DNA from: Eledone cirrhosa
Lineage: Eukaryota
Assembly: GCA_964016885.1 (NCBI GenBank)
Contig: OZ024742.1
Coordinates: forward strand, 127,410,001 to 127,474,000
DNA: 64,000 nt
Reading direction: 5' to 3'
Numbering within the stretch: position 1 is the stretch's first letter; every line of letters begins with the position of its first letter. The translations under genes and the position numbers were made by a program. Under the pieces are notes generated by a model. It saw only the letters and a list, made by a program, of their open reading frames with translations, searched no databases and was not told where the DNA came from. Shown piece by piece: positions 11,271-22,100 of the stretch.

Positions 11271-11869
11271 TTTAGCGGGTTGATTGGTTTAGCATGGATG
11301 GTTGGTTGTGTTGTGGTGTTGATTCTGTTGTTGTTGTGTGTGCTCACTTGTAGATTGCTCTGTGGTGTGGTTACTGTTATGTGAGTGCAGGCGAGAAAAG
11401 AATGATGTGCCTGATACAGTGTGACCAGAGATTGCATGTGTGCAAGTGAGTAACAGTGTTCATTATGACAATAATGATATGATGGTTCCTTGCTCACGTA
11501 GGAAATGAAATATATAAAAACCTCGATGAGACAAAGCTGCTATGTTACTAATTTATAAAATATAACTCACTGAAGTTAGATGAAATTATACGAATAAAAA
11601 AACCCCCCAGAAATGTGTATGTGCGTTTGTTTACAAAGGTAGAATTAAAATGTATTTACCAAAACTTTGTTGATGTGTTGAACTTTACTGGCTTGGTCAA
11701 GATATATATATATATATATATACAGAGAGAGAGACCCAAAGGGTTTTTTCTCTGTAAACAATGGACTACATGTTCACTCTTAGAATTAAATGCTCCAACT
11801 GACCTGACAGTTCTGAGAGCAGGCTATTTTATGAATGTCACTTCCTTTGTCTCCCAGACTTGAGAAGAG

Positions 11870-12860
11870 ACAGGTGACCCTCAGACATTGACGACTCCAA
11901 AAGCCATTCAGAGTGTAAACATATCTATGAGGCCACAGAGATCACCTTCTATGGTAGCCAATTTGACAGAATAAGATAATGCAAAGGGAACGCTATTGGA
12001 AAGAGTATCAAATTGCTGCTACACAAGCTCCTTCTCAATATGACGTTGAGAATGGCATATCAGGGGAACTGGCCTGCATTCTGGGGGCTTAGCAGTGGGT
12101 GCAAGCCAAACTTGTCAACGATAGCCCCACAACAGCATTTATGTGGCTCACACATGTGGAGGCTGAGGTGTTGGGCCACACTGATGCAAGTGCACTTGTC
12201 ATGAAGAAGGGTACCAGTTGATGAGAGGGGACTGAATTGAGCCATGCACCGCTGTTTGGCTGTGAAGCGGATTGGAGGCAGGCGATGTTGGTCCAAGCCA
12301 GATTCGATCCGCCTGTAGGAAGACCTGTATTTGATGTCGTCCCAGTTACGTTAGACATTTGTATACCATAGAACAGAGAGGCCTATGCCTGTCCAGTCGG
12401 CCACAGCCTGCTTGAGCTGGGGCCTTGTCAGATTTGGCTGTCTTACTAAGGACCTCGCTGACGAGAGTGCAACAGGAGGAGATAGAGGAAAGGTAGGCCG
12501 GTAGTACCAACTTCGAAGCGGATTGGAGGCCGAGGCCACCAAACGTCAGTAGGAGTTTTGCCTGTTGCCAACCAGTAATGAGTTCTGCACGGTGTCAAGT
12601 TCACCGAGATGATCTATGTATGGGTGACAAGGTGCACCACACAGTATAAACAAGAATTTGGTGAGGGCGAAGCAGTTCTTCAAGAGGAAGGGCGTCAATG
12701 ATGCGCAGCCTATCTGCCATTCGGGACAAGTCTGCGTGCTTGGTCTCCAGGCACTTTCTAATGGCTTTCGAAAGAATTGGAGTGCCGAGAATCCAGGCGG
12801 CATTTATGGACGTTAGCCGGGCCCCGGGCAAGACAGAATGGGTGCTGAGTACGACGTCGG
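11870..12860 (-). mobile_element. CRE-clade retrotransposon fragment (RT C-terminus, zinc finger, RLE), internally deleted
   Basis: ILGTPI...LSRMADRL..., LKNCFALTKFLFIL, SGAWLNSVPS and CEPHKCCCGAIVDKFGLHPL across several frames. Confidence 0.7.
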
Positions 12861-14074
12861 GGAAACGTTTACATATATTGTTTTTACTAATATTTCACTT
12901 TTTTAAATTTATATATTTATATTTATTTTATTTGAATTTAACATTTTTATTTTCAAAAATGTTCACTAGAGATGAATGATTATGAGGCATCTTCTTTAAG
13001 ATGTAATTATGCTTAAACATAATGAAATTTGAAAAAAAATCAGATTTTAGTTATTTTAGTTATGCAACATTATCCAGAGTGGCAAAAGTATAGACCCAAT
13101 ATTTTACATCATGTGATTGGTAAACACTTCAGTAAACGTATTTATATTTGCTTCGCTTTGTTTAGAATTTAGAATAGAGATGTGAATAATTATTAGTATA
13201 TATGTTTAATAAGTAAATGGAAAATACGTTGCTAATAAAATAGAATATCCTTAAAAAAAGAAAAGAAAAAAAAACGTTTGATTTCATTTTAATAAATAAA
13301 ATATCTCAGTTGTTAAGTTTTCTTACTCTTGACGACCTACTTCCAACATACATATAGATAACGTTATTTCCTTGGTAACAAGCTTGTGAATAAAGAGAAT
13401 GAAGAAAAAGAAAGAAGGGTGCGGGAGAGAGAGTCTATCAGGAGGTGAATACGGGGGTAGGGATAGGAAGTAAAGGGTAGAGTTTGAAACGAGACTGAGA
13501 AAATCGTATCAATAATGCATAGCCATAATGAACAGTTGGACACACACACACAGTGATACATTCAAAAGGTGAGCGTGAGATGTAGTAGAGAATTGTAAAG
13601 TGTAGTGGTAATGATAGAGAGGTTGCCCGGTACTCCTCACGACGCTGCTGTTTTTTCTTTTGCTCTGGTGTTGGCTCGGTTGTTCACCCTTTCCTTTGCA
13701 TTTCCTTTAATATTGCAACATTAAAGGAATATATCCTTCTGAAAGAATCGCGAGCAATTTATAATGTTATCTAAGCATTTGTAGTGTTATTTATGTATAT
13801 ATTTAAAACATGTTATGTTATTCTACTGTAAATTTATTTATATGCTTTGTAAAATGGAATAAAACAAGTTTCGAGTAAACTGGAATTGTAAAGTGTAGTG
13901 GTAATGTAGAGAGTGGAAAAAAAAAAGAAGAAATATAGAAAAAAATGTGTATTTCGACAAATGTAAATATCAACGATCTATACCACTGTTACCACAATGG
14001 TACACACCAGGGAGAACGCTCTCTGACGTGGAAAACTCTCAGTGGACATAATGGAGAAAACGTTAACCAGGAGG

Positions 14075-14201
14075 CAGTGCTAGATTTACCATTGTGCTTA
14101 GGTGGGCTTAAGCAGGAGACCCATCTTCCTGCCAAAAAAAGTTTTTTACAATGAATTTTTCAAATTAGTACAGGACCTCATTTGTCCTAAATCCACCACT
14201 G
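14075..14201. mobile_element. hAT-type MITE, 127 bp
   Basis: Imperfect TIR CAGTG(CTA/GTG)GATTTA; 8-bp TSD CCAGGAGG (14067-14074 and 14202-14209). Confidence 0.8.
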
Positions 14202-14249
14202 CCAGGAGGATAACAAGGAAGTCGTGTTGAAATAGTCATTGCAACCCGC

Positions 14250-14520
14250 TGGGCTCACTCTTGCAGGTGACTAACTCCACCTCCAATAACAGTGAGTAGA
14301 GAAATGGTTTGGGGAACAAGAACACCAGGATTCTCCATCACTAAAAATTCAACAACAAACTTATCGATGAGCTTGCAATCTTCAGCTTTTTGGACAATGA
14401 CACCTAGGCCTGTTATCGAATGCACCAGGTTGCTGTTGGAAAAAGTGTCATTACATGTCGCAGCCCAGATAAGAAGCATACCTCCACAGAATGGAAAGAT
14501 TGTGATGCCATGTGGCCCAG
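14250..14520 (-). mobile_element. CRE-clade retrotransposon RLE fragment
   Basis: GITIFPFCGGMLLIWAATCNDTFSNSNLVHS...AEDCK aligns by eye with the 21510-22100 copy. Confidence 0.6.
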
Positions 14521-16350
14521 AGTTGCAAAGTAATATCTGGCTGGTATCTCTAGCACTGGTTCTCAGTAACCCAGATCAAGTTCCTTTCATTGCGATCCCA
14601 GATTTTCTCAATTCCTCTCCATTTTGAAAAATATTATTAAAAATATTTTTAAAAAAGGAAGAAATTAATAAGGAAGAAATGAGAAAAATAAGGATGTGGG
14701 GTGGATGAAAAGGTTTAATATTCAAAATAAGAGAGGAATTGAGAAAGTGGTACAGTTGTTAGCCACATACTACTTTACAATTCTCAACCACTCCTTCCTA
14801 GGGAGTTTGCTTTACAAACATCTGGTTTTAGATTCAGTCACGCTGCATGCATATATATGTTTGTCTCATTCATCCATGTTTATGTTTACGTTTGTGTCTG
14901 TGTCTCATAACTTAGCAGTTTGATAAAAATAAAAGGATCGATAAATTAAGAAGACTTGAAAAAATAAACATTCAATATGTGTGACTAAATTAAAGTGGCG
15001 CACCAGTATATCATGTTATGAGTTTAGGGATTTCCTGAGCATTGTAATAGATGGCAAGAAAATGCTCATAGAACTTGTCTTTCAAATGGTGATCTGTTTT
15101 ACAGCAGGATTAGGTTGAATGATGTAGTGTGGTTGTTAGGAGATAGGAAGTGATGTCAGATCAGCACAGCAGAAGAGTGCTAAAGCTTCTTTCACATAGA
15201 ATTATTCTCATGGCAGGATATTCATGTGAGATTCTCAATTTTTAGGTTGCCTAAGTGAGCATGAAAGAGCCAGTGTTACAAATTCCTTGAGTGCATCCTG
15301 GAAGTAAAGCAAGTCCTTGATATAAAGTCCTTAATATAAAGTAAGTCCTTGATATAAAGTAAGTCCTTCAAACACAAGCTATTTCAGCTAGCCAATATAC
15401 GATATGTCCATTAAAATTAGTATTAGCAGTGATATATAATTAGGCTCTTTTCTGGTGAAAGAGATGTGGTTGTCTGGCTCAAGATGAAGTTGATGACAAA
15501 ATTGCAGGGAATGCCCAATATGGTGGGTTTTAGATCATTGAATCTGGAAGGAGATGCACTAGTATTGTATTTGCAAACAAGATCAAGATTCTCAGGAGAA
15601 GCATTGAAAAGAGTAGTGAAGCCAGGGTTTGTGACTGGATTCCCTGCTCATTTTAGTGAGACTGCAATAGTTCATTTCATTTTTTTTTCTGTAACTACTA
15701 AAGAAGTTGGAGAGGTGCCATATTGACAATTCGCTGCCTTCCTGCAACAGTTATCAGACATTAAATCTAAAATAGTGCTCACAGCCAATATGTTGATGCT
15801 GAACAATACCGAAGTGATCACCAATGAGAAGAGAGTGCAAACAAAAGGGATCATAGGCATAACAATTAAGTGATGTTTGGGAATCTTGAAAGAGTTAATT
15901 GGTGAATTTGATCAGAGGATGAAGAAAACTTAGTCGGGCTACCAGAGAATTTAGAGTGTAAGGCAGTCACAGTGTATTGGTTGGGGAACCTGGAGTTAAG
16001 AAAACTATACAGCATGAACCATCTGCAAGTGGCTAGAACTCTATTTTGGAGGCCAGGATGTCTCTGTGTTGTCACCAGGGAGAGTTTTCAGAAGGTGGTT
16101 AAGAGTTGGGACAGGTGCCAGTCTTTTGACTCTGTGCCAATTATGCTTGTGACTGGAAAGATTTGTGTGGAGGAATTGTATCTCTTAATGATTGACAGTA
16201 GAGAAGGACAGGTAGAAATATGTAAAGACATTAAGATGAAATTGCAAGTGTGTTGAATGAAGTATTTTTGGAGATGTGAGTTTAGTGGCCAAGTTGTTGG
16301 TGGAGTTTAATGCTGCATTTGGTTCAGAATCATCAAAAGAGATGCTGAAC

Positions 16351-16545
16351 AGGTGAAATGGTTCTTCCGAGCTATACAGAGGTGAAATGCTTCTTCAGAG
16401 CTATACAGAGGTGAAATGCTTCTTCAGAGCTATACAGAAGTGAAATGGTTCTTCAGAGCTATACACTGGTGAAATGGTTCTTCAGCGCTATACACAGGTG
16501 AAATGGTTCTTCAGAGCTATACACATGTGAAATGGTTCTTCAGAT
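16351..16545. repeat. 29-bp minisatellite, ~6.6 copies
   Basis: Unit AGGTGAAATGGTTCTTCAGAGCTATACAG starts at 16351, 16380, 16409, 16438, 16467, 16496 and 16525. Confidence 0.9.
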
Positions 16546-17739
16546 ACTGAACAGGCAAAATAGAAACTAGATTTAGGAAAGACAGCATCAAACAATGAGA
16601 GGGGACATATTTTCTCAATTGAGGCAGGGTTCTAGCACAATATTAGACACATCAGAGCAAGTAGAAGAGTTGGTGTATCAAAGAGTGGTGGTCAGGTATG
16701 AGTGAGGACATCAGAACACTGTACTTTAGTGCCCTGGGGAAGGGAAAGGTCATGCATCTGTCCAAATCGGGAGCAATGTCTGGGTGAAACCTCTCCCCAT
16801 CCCTATGCATACCGCATATCTCAATAGGGGATGAGAAGTGTGACAGGAGTAAACTCCCAGTATAACATTTTGGTTGAGGAGATGTCAGATTGTATTGTTC
16901 ATAGGATGATGATGAACAAGGAGAAGATGAGACCAACATAGCAACTCTATGAAGTCATGGGGGATAGAAGGAGGTAATTACAGTCACCTGGGTGGATGGG
17001 AGATTTTGAAATGGAATGAGGAGTAGTGAGGTTAGCTTTTCAACATTAGATATATGTATTTTGTTTGATTGCTGTTGTGTGATCTTTAAGTTGTGTAACC
17101 TTTAAGTTAGGAAGATGTGGAATATAGTGAGTTAAAGGACTGAAAATAAGAGGAGATGACATTAGGTCATAGTAACATGAAGGCTTTAGGGGTTCATTCA
17201 CATGGAATCATTCATGAAGAAAGACATGTGTGAGTCTTTCAATTTCTGTTGTGACCATTTCAGATTACCTGAGTGAGTGTGAAAGGGTCAATGCTATGAA
17301 TTACCTGGATGTATTCCAGAAGTGAGGTATGCCCTTTATATAATTTCAACCACAGAGGAGGTGTAGTCAATAAGAGAAAAAAAGGCACTGAGATCAGGAG
17401 CATGTGGGTGTGCCAAGACAAATGAACTGGCCAGAAGCTTATATAGAATTGTATCCCTTTTGAAGGATAATGATTGAAAGATTGGAAAAGATAGAAGCAG
17501 TTATGAGATAAACTAAGAAGATAATCCAATGACATGAGCCTCTATGGAGTTACTCCTTTATCAACTTAAAAAAGGGAAGGATCATTATCATCATCATCGT
17601 TTAACGTCCATCTTCCACACTAGCATGGGTTGGACGTTTTTGTCCCACTTGAGGCGAGATTGGTTGGGAGACCATGTCTCACTCGTACAGAACTGTTTCT
17701 AGCAGGTTTTCTATGACTGGATACATTCATTTCTCATTT

Positions 17740-18030
17740 CATTTCATTTTACGTCCGCTTTTTCCCTGCTTGCAAGGGTGGGACGGGAACTGATTCTGGC
17801 TTGATTTCTACAGCTGGATGCCCTTCCTAACACCAACCTCATTTACAGTGAGTGCTGGGTGCTTTTTTGCCATGGCACCTCCACGACCACTTTGCAGTGG
17901 AATGATAGGGACCCCAGTCCTATCATCTCATTTCTACAGCTGAGTAAACTGGAGCAATGTGAAATAAAGTGTCTTGCTCAAGGAAACTACACATCACCCG
18001 GTCTGAGAATTGAACTCACAACCTTTCGAT
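17740..18030 (-). mobile_element. tRNA-derived CORE-like SINE with RTE-type tail
   Basis: Reverse complement of the copy at 49556-49870; core CTTGAGCAAGACACTTTATTTCACATTGCTCCAGT. Confidence 0.7.
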
Positions 18031-18199
18031 TGTATAATACAACTGAAAGAAAAAACCCAGAATGGTCACAGTTGGAATGCTTTTCATTTTAGATCGGCTT
18101 GATCTGAATTGATCTAGAGCTACACAATTGCTTTGGGAAAAATATAATCAAAAATAACATTCACACATACATACCACACAATACACCCATAACAAAGGT

Positions 18200-18205
18200 T
18201 TTATT
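18200..18205 (-). terminator. polyadenylation signal AATAAA of CCDC34
   Basis: About 50 nt after the stop codon, followed by GT-rich sequence on the minus strand. Confidence 0.55.
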
Positions 18206-18255
18206 TGCAATTTACAACAAAAAAAAGGTTTTGCAATTCTTTTTTTTTTTTAAAA

Positions 18256-18365
18256 TTATAGTTTACATTTGTCATTCTCATTAGTTTTAACTGGTATTAC
18301 TAAAGGCTTCCATGGTACTGGATTGTAAAAAGATGATGTTGGATAAACATTCTTGTCAGAGAGTC
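18256..18365 (-). CDS. CCDC34: CCDC34 terminal coding exon
   Basis: Acceptor ttctatttcattgcag, phase 1. Encodes (G)LSDKNVYPTSSFYNPVPWKPLVIPVKTNENDKCKL*, matching the CCDC34 C-terminal YPxxxFYNPxPWKP motif. In frame with exon 58371-58921. Not present in the ORF track. Confidence 0.9.
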
Positions 18366-19581
18366 CTGCAATGAAATAGAAAATAAAAATATGTTTTACT
18401 ATGTAAATCCAAAAAGAAACATTGAGACATTGCAAGCAGCCTGCTAATGAAATTTCTAAAAGCTCATATGAAGATAAAAAAGATGTAATTTAATATAAGT
18501 TATATACTTTTTATTTTATTTTATTGGTGTAGCTGGTTGTGTCTTAATCTATTTGACATGAGAAAGTGTTACATTGCTTGTGAAGAATTGCTACCTGAAG
18601 TAAAACATGTAACGAAACTGAGAATCGTAGTATCATGAATTTGTAAAATCAAAGACTCCTTATTTTTCTCAGCATAGGTGCACTTCGTAGTTTCTTATGA
18701 ATTTGAAAGTTGCCCCTCATACTGAAAATATTTATAACTTCTGGTGATTTCAAGCAAAGGTCCCCAACCTCTTTTAATATAACAGGCAGTATTTGTTTGG
18801 CTCCAACTAAAAAGGAAATTTTAATTAATTAAAAAATATTTTGCATTCTGCATTCAGTGTGTCATCCCTTAACTTATTCATACCAATGCATGTTACTGGT
18901 CCATTTGAGCCATTTCACTTAACTCGTATTTTTAATTATGCAAATTATACTTGTAAAAAAATTATTTGTAACTCTTTATATATGTTTTAAAATCTTTGTA
19001 AACTAATTAGGCAGGCTTCATTAAGTTGCATTATGCTCATAAGTTTAAGAGATTAAGCATTTTAATAGTTGTCTCTTGTCTTCAAATAGATATTTTCCTC
19101 TGAACATGCAAATTAACTTTGTAAATTACTGTAATTAAACACGTAAATTAATTTAAAATTAGTTTTAAATTAATTATCAAGAAATTGAGAATTTATCTCA
19201 ATTTCTTGAAATTATCTCCCCTTTCTTTTAGAGTTGCTAACAATTGTCGCTCAGCTTTTGTTTTCTTTCTCCAACTAAGAGGGAAATTTCAATTTACTAA
19301 GAATTTTTTTAGTACAGCATTTATATCATCACACTTAACTTATATATCAAAATTTGGGGCATTGACTTATTTAAGTTATTTCCATTAGCTTAGTTTATTT
19401 GTTAAATGTTTTCTAAAAATGATAGAAAAGTCAGCAACAAAAACTCACTACCGACTGTTTTCATTTCACACCCTATTTAGGATGAATTGATTTTTCATCT
19501 ACGTAATATCAATAAAAATGAGCAACAGTAAGACATTTCAGTCAACTATATCCTTTCCAAAAAAAAAAAAAATGAGATGTA

Positions 19582-19867
19582 CAGGGTGGTCTGAAAGTCT
19601 TGTCAGCCCTTGTACATATTGTTTTAACTTTCATTATTTTTTGTTTTAATAATATAATATATAATATCATTAATCATAATATATAATAATAATAATATAA
19701 TTTTCTACAGTTTGGAAGAGAGGCTGCTTGCAAGTGTATGGACACATGATCATGTGCATTCTGGCAAGAGCATGGAGGATGTGCGAAGAGGACGATACTG
19801 TGATGGTAACATAAACTGTTTCTCATTACTTTTTGGTAGGGAGTGACAAGACTTTCAGACCACCCTG
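19582..19867 (+). mobile_element. Tc1/mariner-superfamily non-autonomous element, 286 bp
   Basis: Perfect 24-bp TIR CAGGGTGGTCTGAAAGTCTTGTCA with TA on both sides. Confidence 0.9.
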
Positions 19868-20249
19868 TACTTTAATCCTTTCAGTTCTATATTTCTAAAG
19901 AAAGACACCACCAATAACTTTCAAATCATTTTGAAAATTATTGGTGGTATTTAGAATATAACTTAACAAAAGTTCTTATATAGAATTATGATGAAAGGTT
20001 TTTAGATGAATAAATAACACTTTAAAACAAACAACTTTTTATAATTGAATCTGATGTAGTTTCAGGCAGTTTGGTATCTGTTACTTCTGCTGTTACTTCT
20101 TTTTGTACTGTAAGTTTTAAAATGGAATTAGGATTTCACATCAAATAACCCCCCCCCCCCCCACTCCTTAATTCTGGAGCCAGTAGGATTGTCTAAAGTC
20201 AATGGGAGGAGACCCGATGAATCCACACGTGCTTTTGAGCTAGTTTCAT

Positions 20250-20610
20250 ATGGAACACCATTGTAAGTGACTCACTCCAGCAGCACACATCAGATGGGAT
20301 ACCATTGTTAGTTACTTATGCCAGCACACATCATACTGGACACTATTGTAAGTGATTCACTCCAGCACATACCATTGTGACTTACTTCCCCATATATATT
20401 AACCCTTGGAACACCATTGTAAGTGACTCACTCCACTATGTCATACTCTTGAAGTTGAGTAACAACAGCAGGAGTGCCTAAATGGATATTTAGGCACGCC
20501 TGCTGTTGTTACATTTATGAGGTGAGGTGGAATGAATCACTCACCCTCAAGGGTATGACATGGTGGAGTGAGGCACTTACAATGGTATCCCAAGAGTTAT
20601 GATATATGGT
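20250..20610. repeat. fold-back element with tandem subrepeats
   Basis: Arms 20390-20452 and 20547-20609 are imperfect inverted repeats. Inner 25-bp stem at 20459-20512. Motif CACCATTGTAAGTGACTCACTCCA is repeated to the left. Confidence 0.75.
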
Positions 20611-21509
20611 GGACTAAGATAGTGAAATACTATAGTTTGTCAATGAATTCTATGACATTTGAGATATCAAGATGACATGAACCACTGAAAATAAAATTTA
20701 TTTTTTTTCATTGTTGATGTCATGCCTCACTAAAGTATTAGGTTATAACTATGAGAGAGTGAAGCTATTCTAGTCTCTGGCTTATAATCATCTGTGGTAA
20801 TGTGTATGAATGTTTTGGGTTACCTCGAATATTTTTAGACAGAAACACCACTCCCAGAAACATCACCTAGGGAGTATGCGTGCTTTTTGTTTGTTTTTTC
20901 TGACCCATTTTTATTGTTATTGTATATTTGTTTTGTTGTATATTCATTTCAAACTGATATGAATTAAATCCTGTTTCTATTGAAAAACAATCCAATTAAG
21001 AAGCCTCAATATGCTCACTTGACTTGCTAGAAATAACAGCTAAATTTCCTAACTTTCTTTAAAAAAGAAGAGACATTAGATAATGTGGCCCTGTATATAT
21101 TGTATATTTTTTATTGTAGAAATAGAAGTAGTGATGTTAGTATAATTTAGATGAAGCGCGAGAGATGGTTTGGGTTTGGTATTATTGTTCATTGTTCATT
21201 TTGGCATGGCAGATGTTGTAGTAGTAATGCTGTTCGCTTGATGAGTAATTCTGTGAATTGCTCTCTCCAATATAAGCACTGTGGGAAATTTGTGACTTAT
21301 CATGCGGGAGCAGGGATCAATAATAGAAGAGGTAGTGAAATGTTAGAACAGCAACATTTTAAGTAACAGTTGACAATTCCAACTTCTATCACAATGCAAT
21401 TGTAACCTAAGCAAACATGAAAGAACAGTCAAACTCCCAGTCATCACCTCCATCTCTCTGGCCCTCCCCCATCTCTCCGTATGGTGAGCAAATGGGATCC
21501 CACGTACTG

Positions 21510-22100
21510 GCCTCCCCACTGCTCCGGCGGACAGAATGGAGAAGGTGTTTGCCTGGAGGATGGCAAGGGAGATGTGCTGGAAGAGCCATTCCAACTCGCG
21601 AGGCTCACACCTGCGGCTGGCCAGCTTAGCGCCTATGGTGGTGAGTAGGGAGGTAGCCCTAGGGCCAAGGACATCAGAAGTTTCCACTGCCAAGGGTACA
21701 ACCGCAAACCTGTCAGAGAGCGACTGGTACTTGGAGAGTTTGGCCTCCTCAGCCCAATGTGCTGTAGAACCTGGGTTAGTCGCAGAATGCACCAGGTTGC
21801 AGCTGGAGAAAGTATTGCTGCAAATGGCATCCCAGATGAGGGGTTTGCCACCGCGGAACGGGAAGATGGTCATGCCATCCCCTCGGTTCAGCCCCACCGG
21901 CTCGAGCTGGGAAGGGAAGCCTGCAGTGTCCAAGCCATGCTTTATGACCTCGTTGAGGGCAGCATGGCATGGCATGTAGTGACAGGAAAGTGGGTGGAGG
22001 CCGAAAGAGTCCATGATGGATCTGCAGCAACATTTGTGGGGCTCGCAGATCCGGAGGCCAAGCCTCAAGGAAACGCTGATGCTCAGGCTATCATTATCCA
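21510..22100 (-). mobile_element. CRE-clade retrotransposon 3' fragment (zinc finger + RLE)
   Basis: RLGLRICEPHKCCC...HPLSC...HAALNEVI...LEPVGLNRGDG...LIWDAICSNTFS...AEEAKLSKY...PLAVETS...WLFQHISLAILQAN; the KRPD segment is deleted. Confidence 0.8.
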
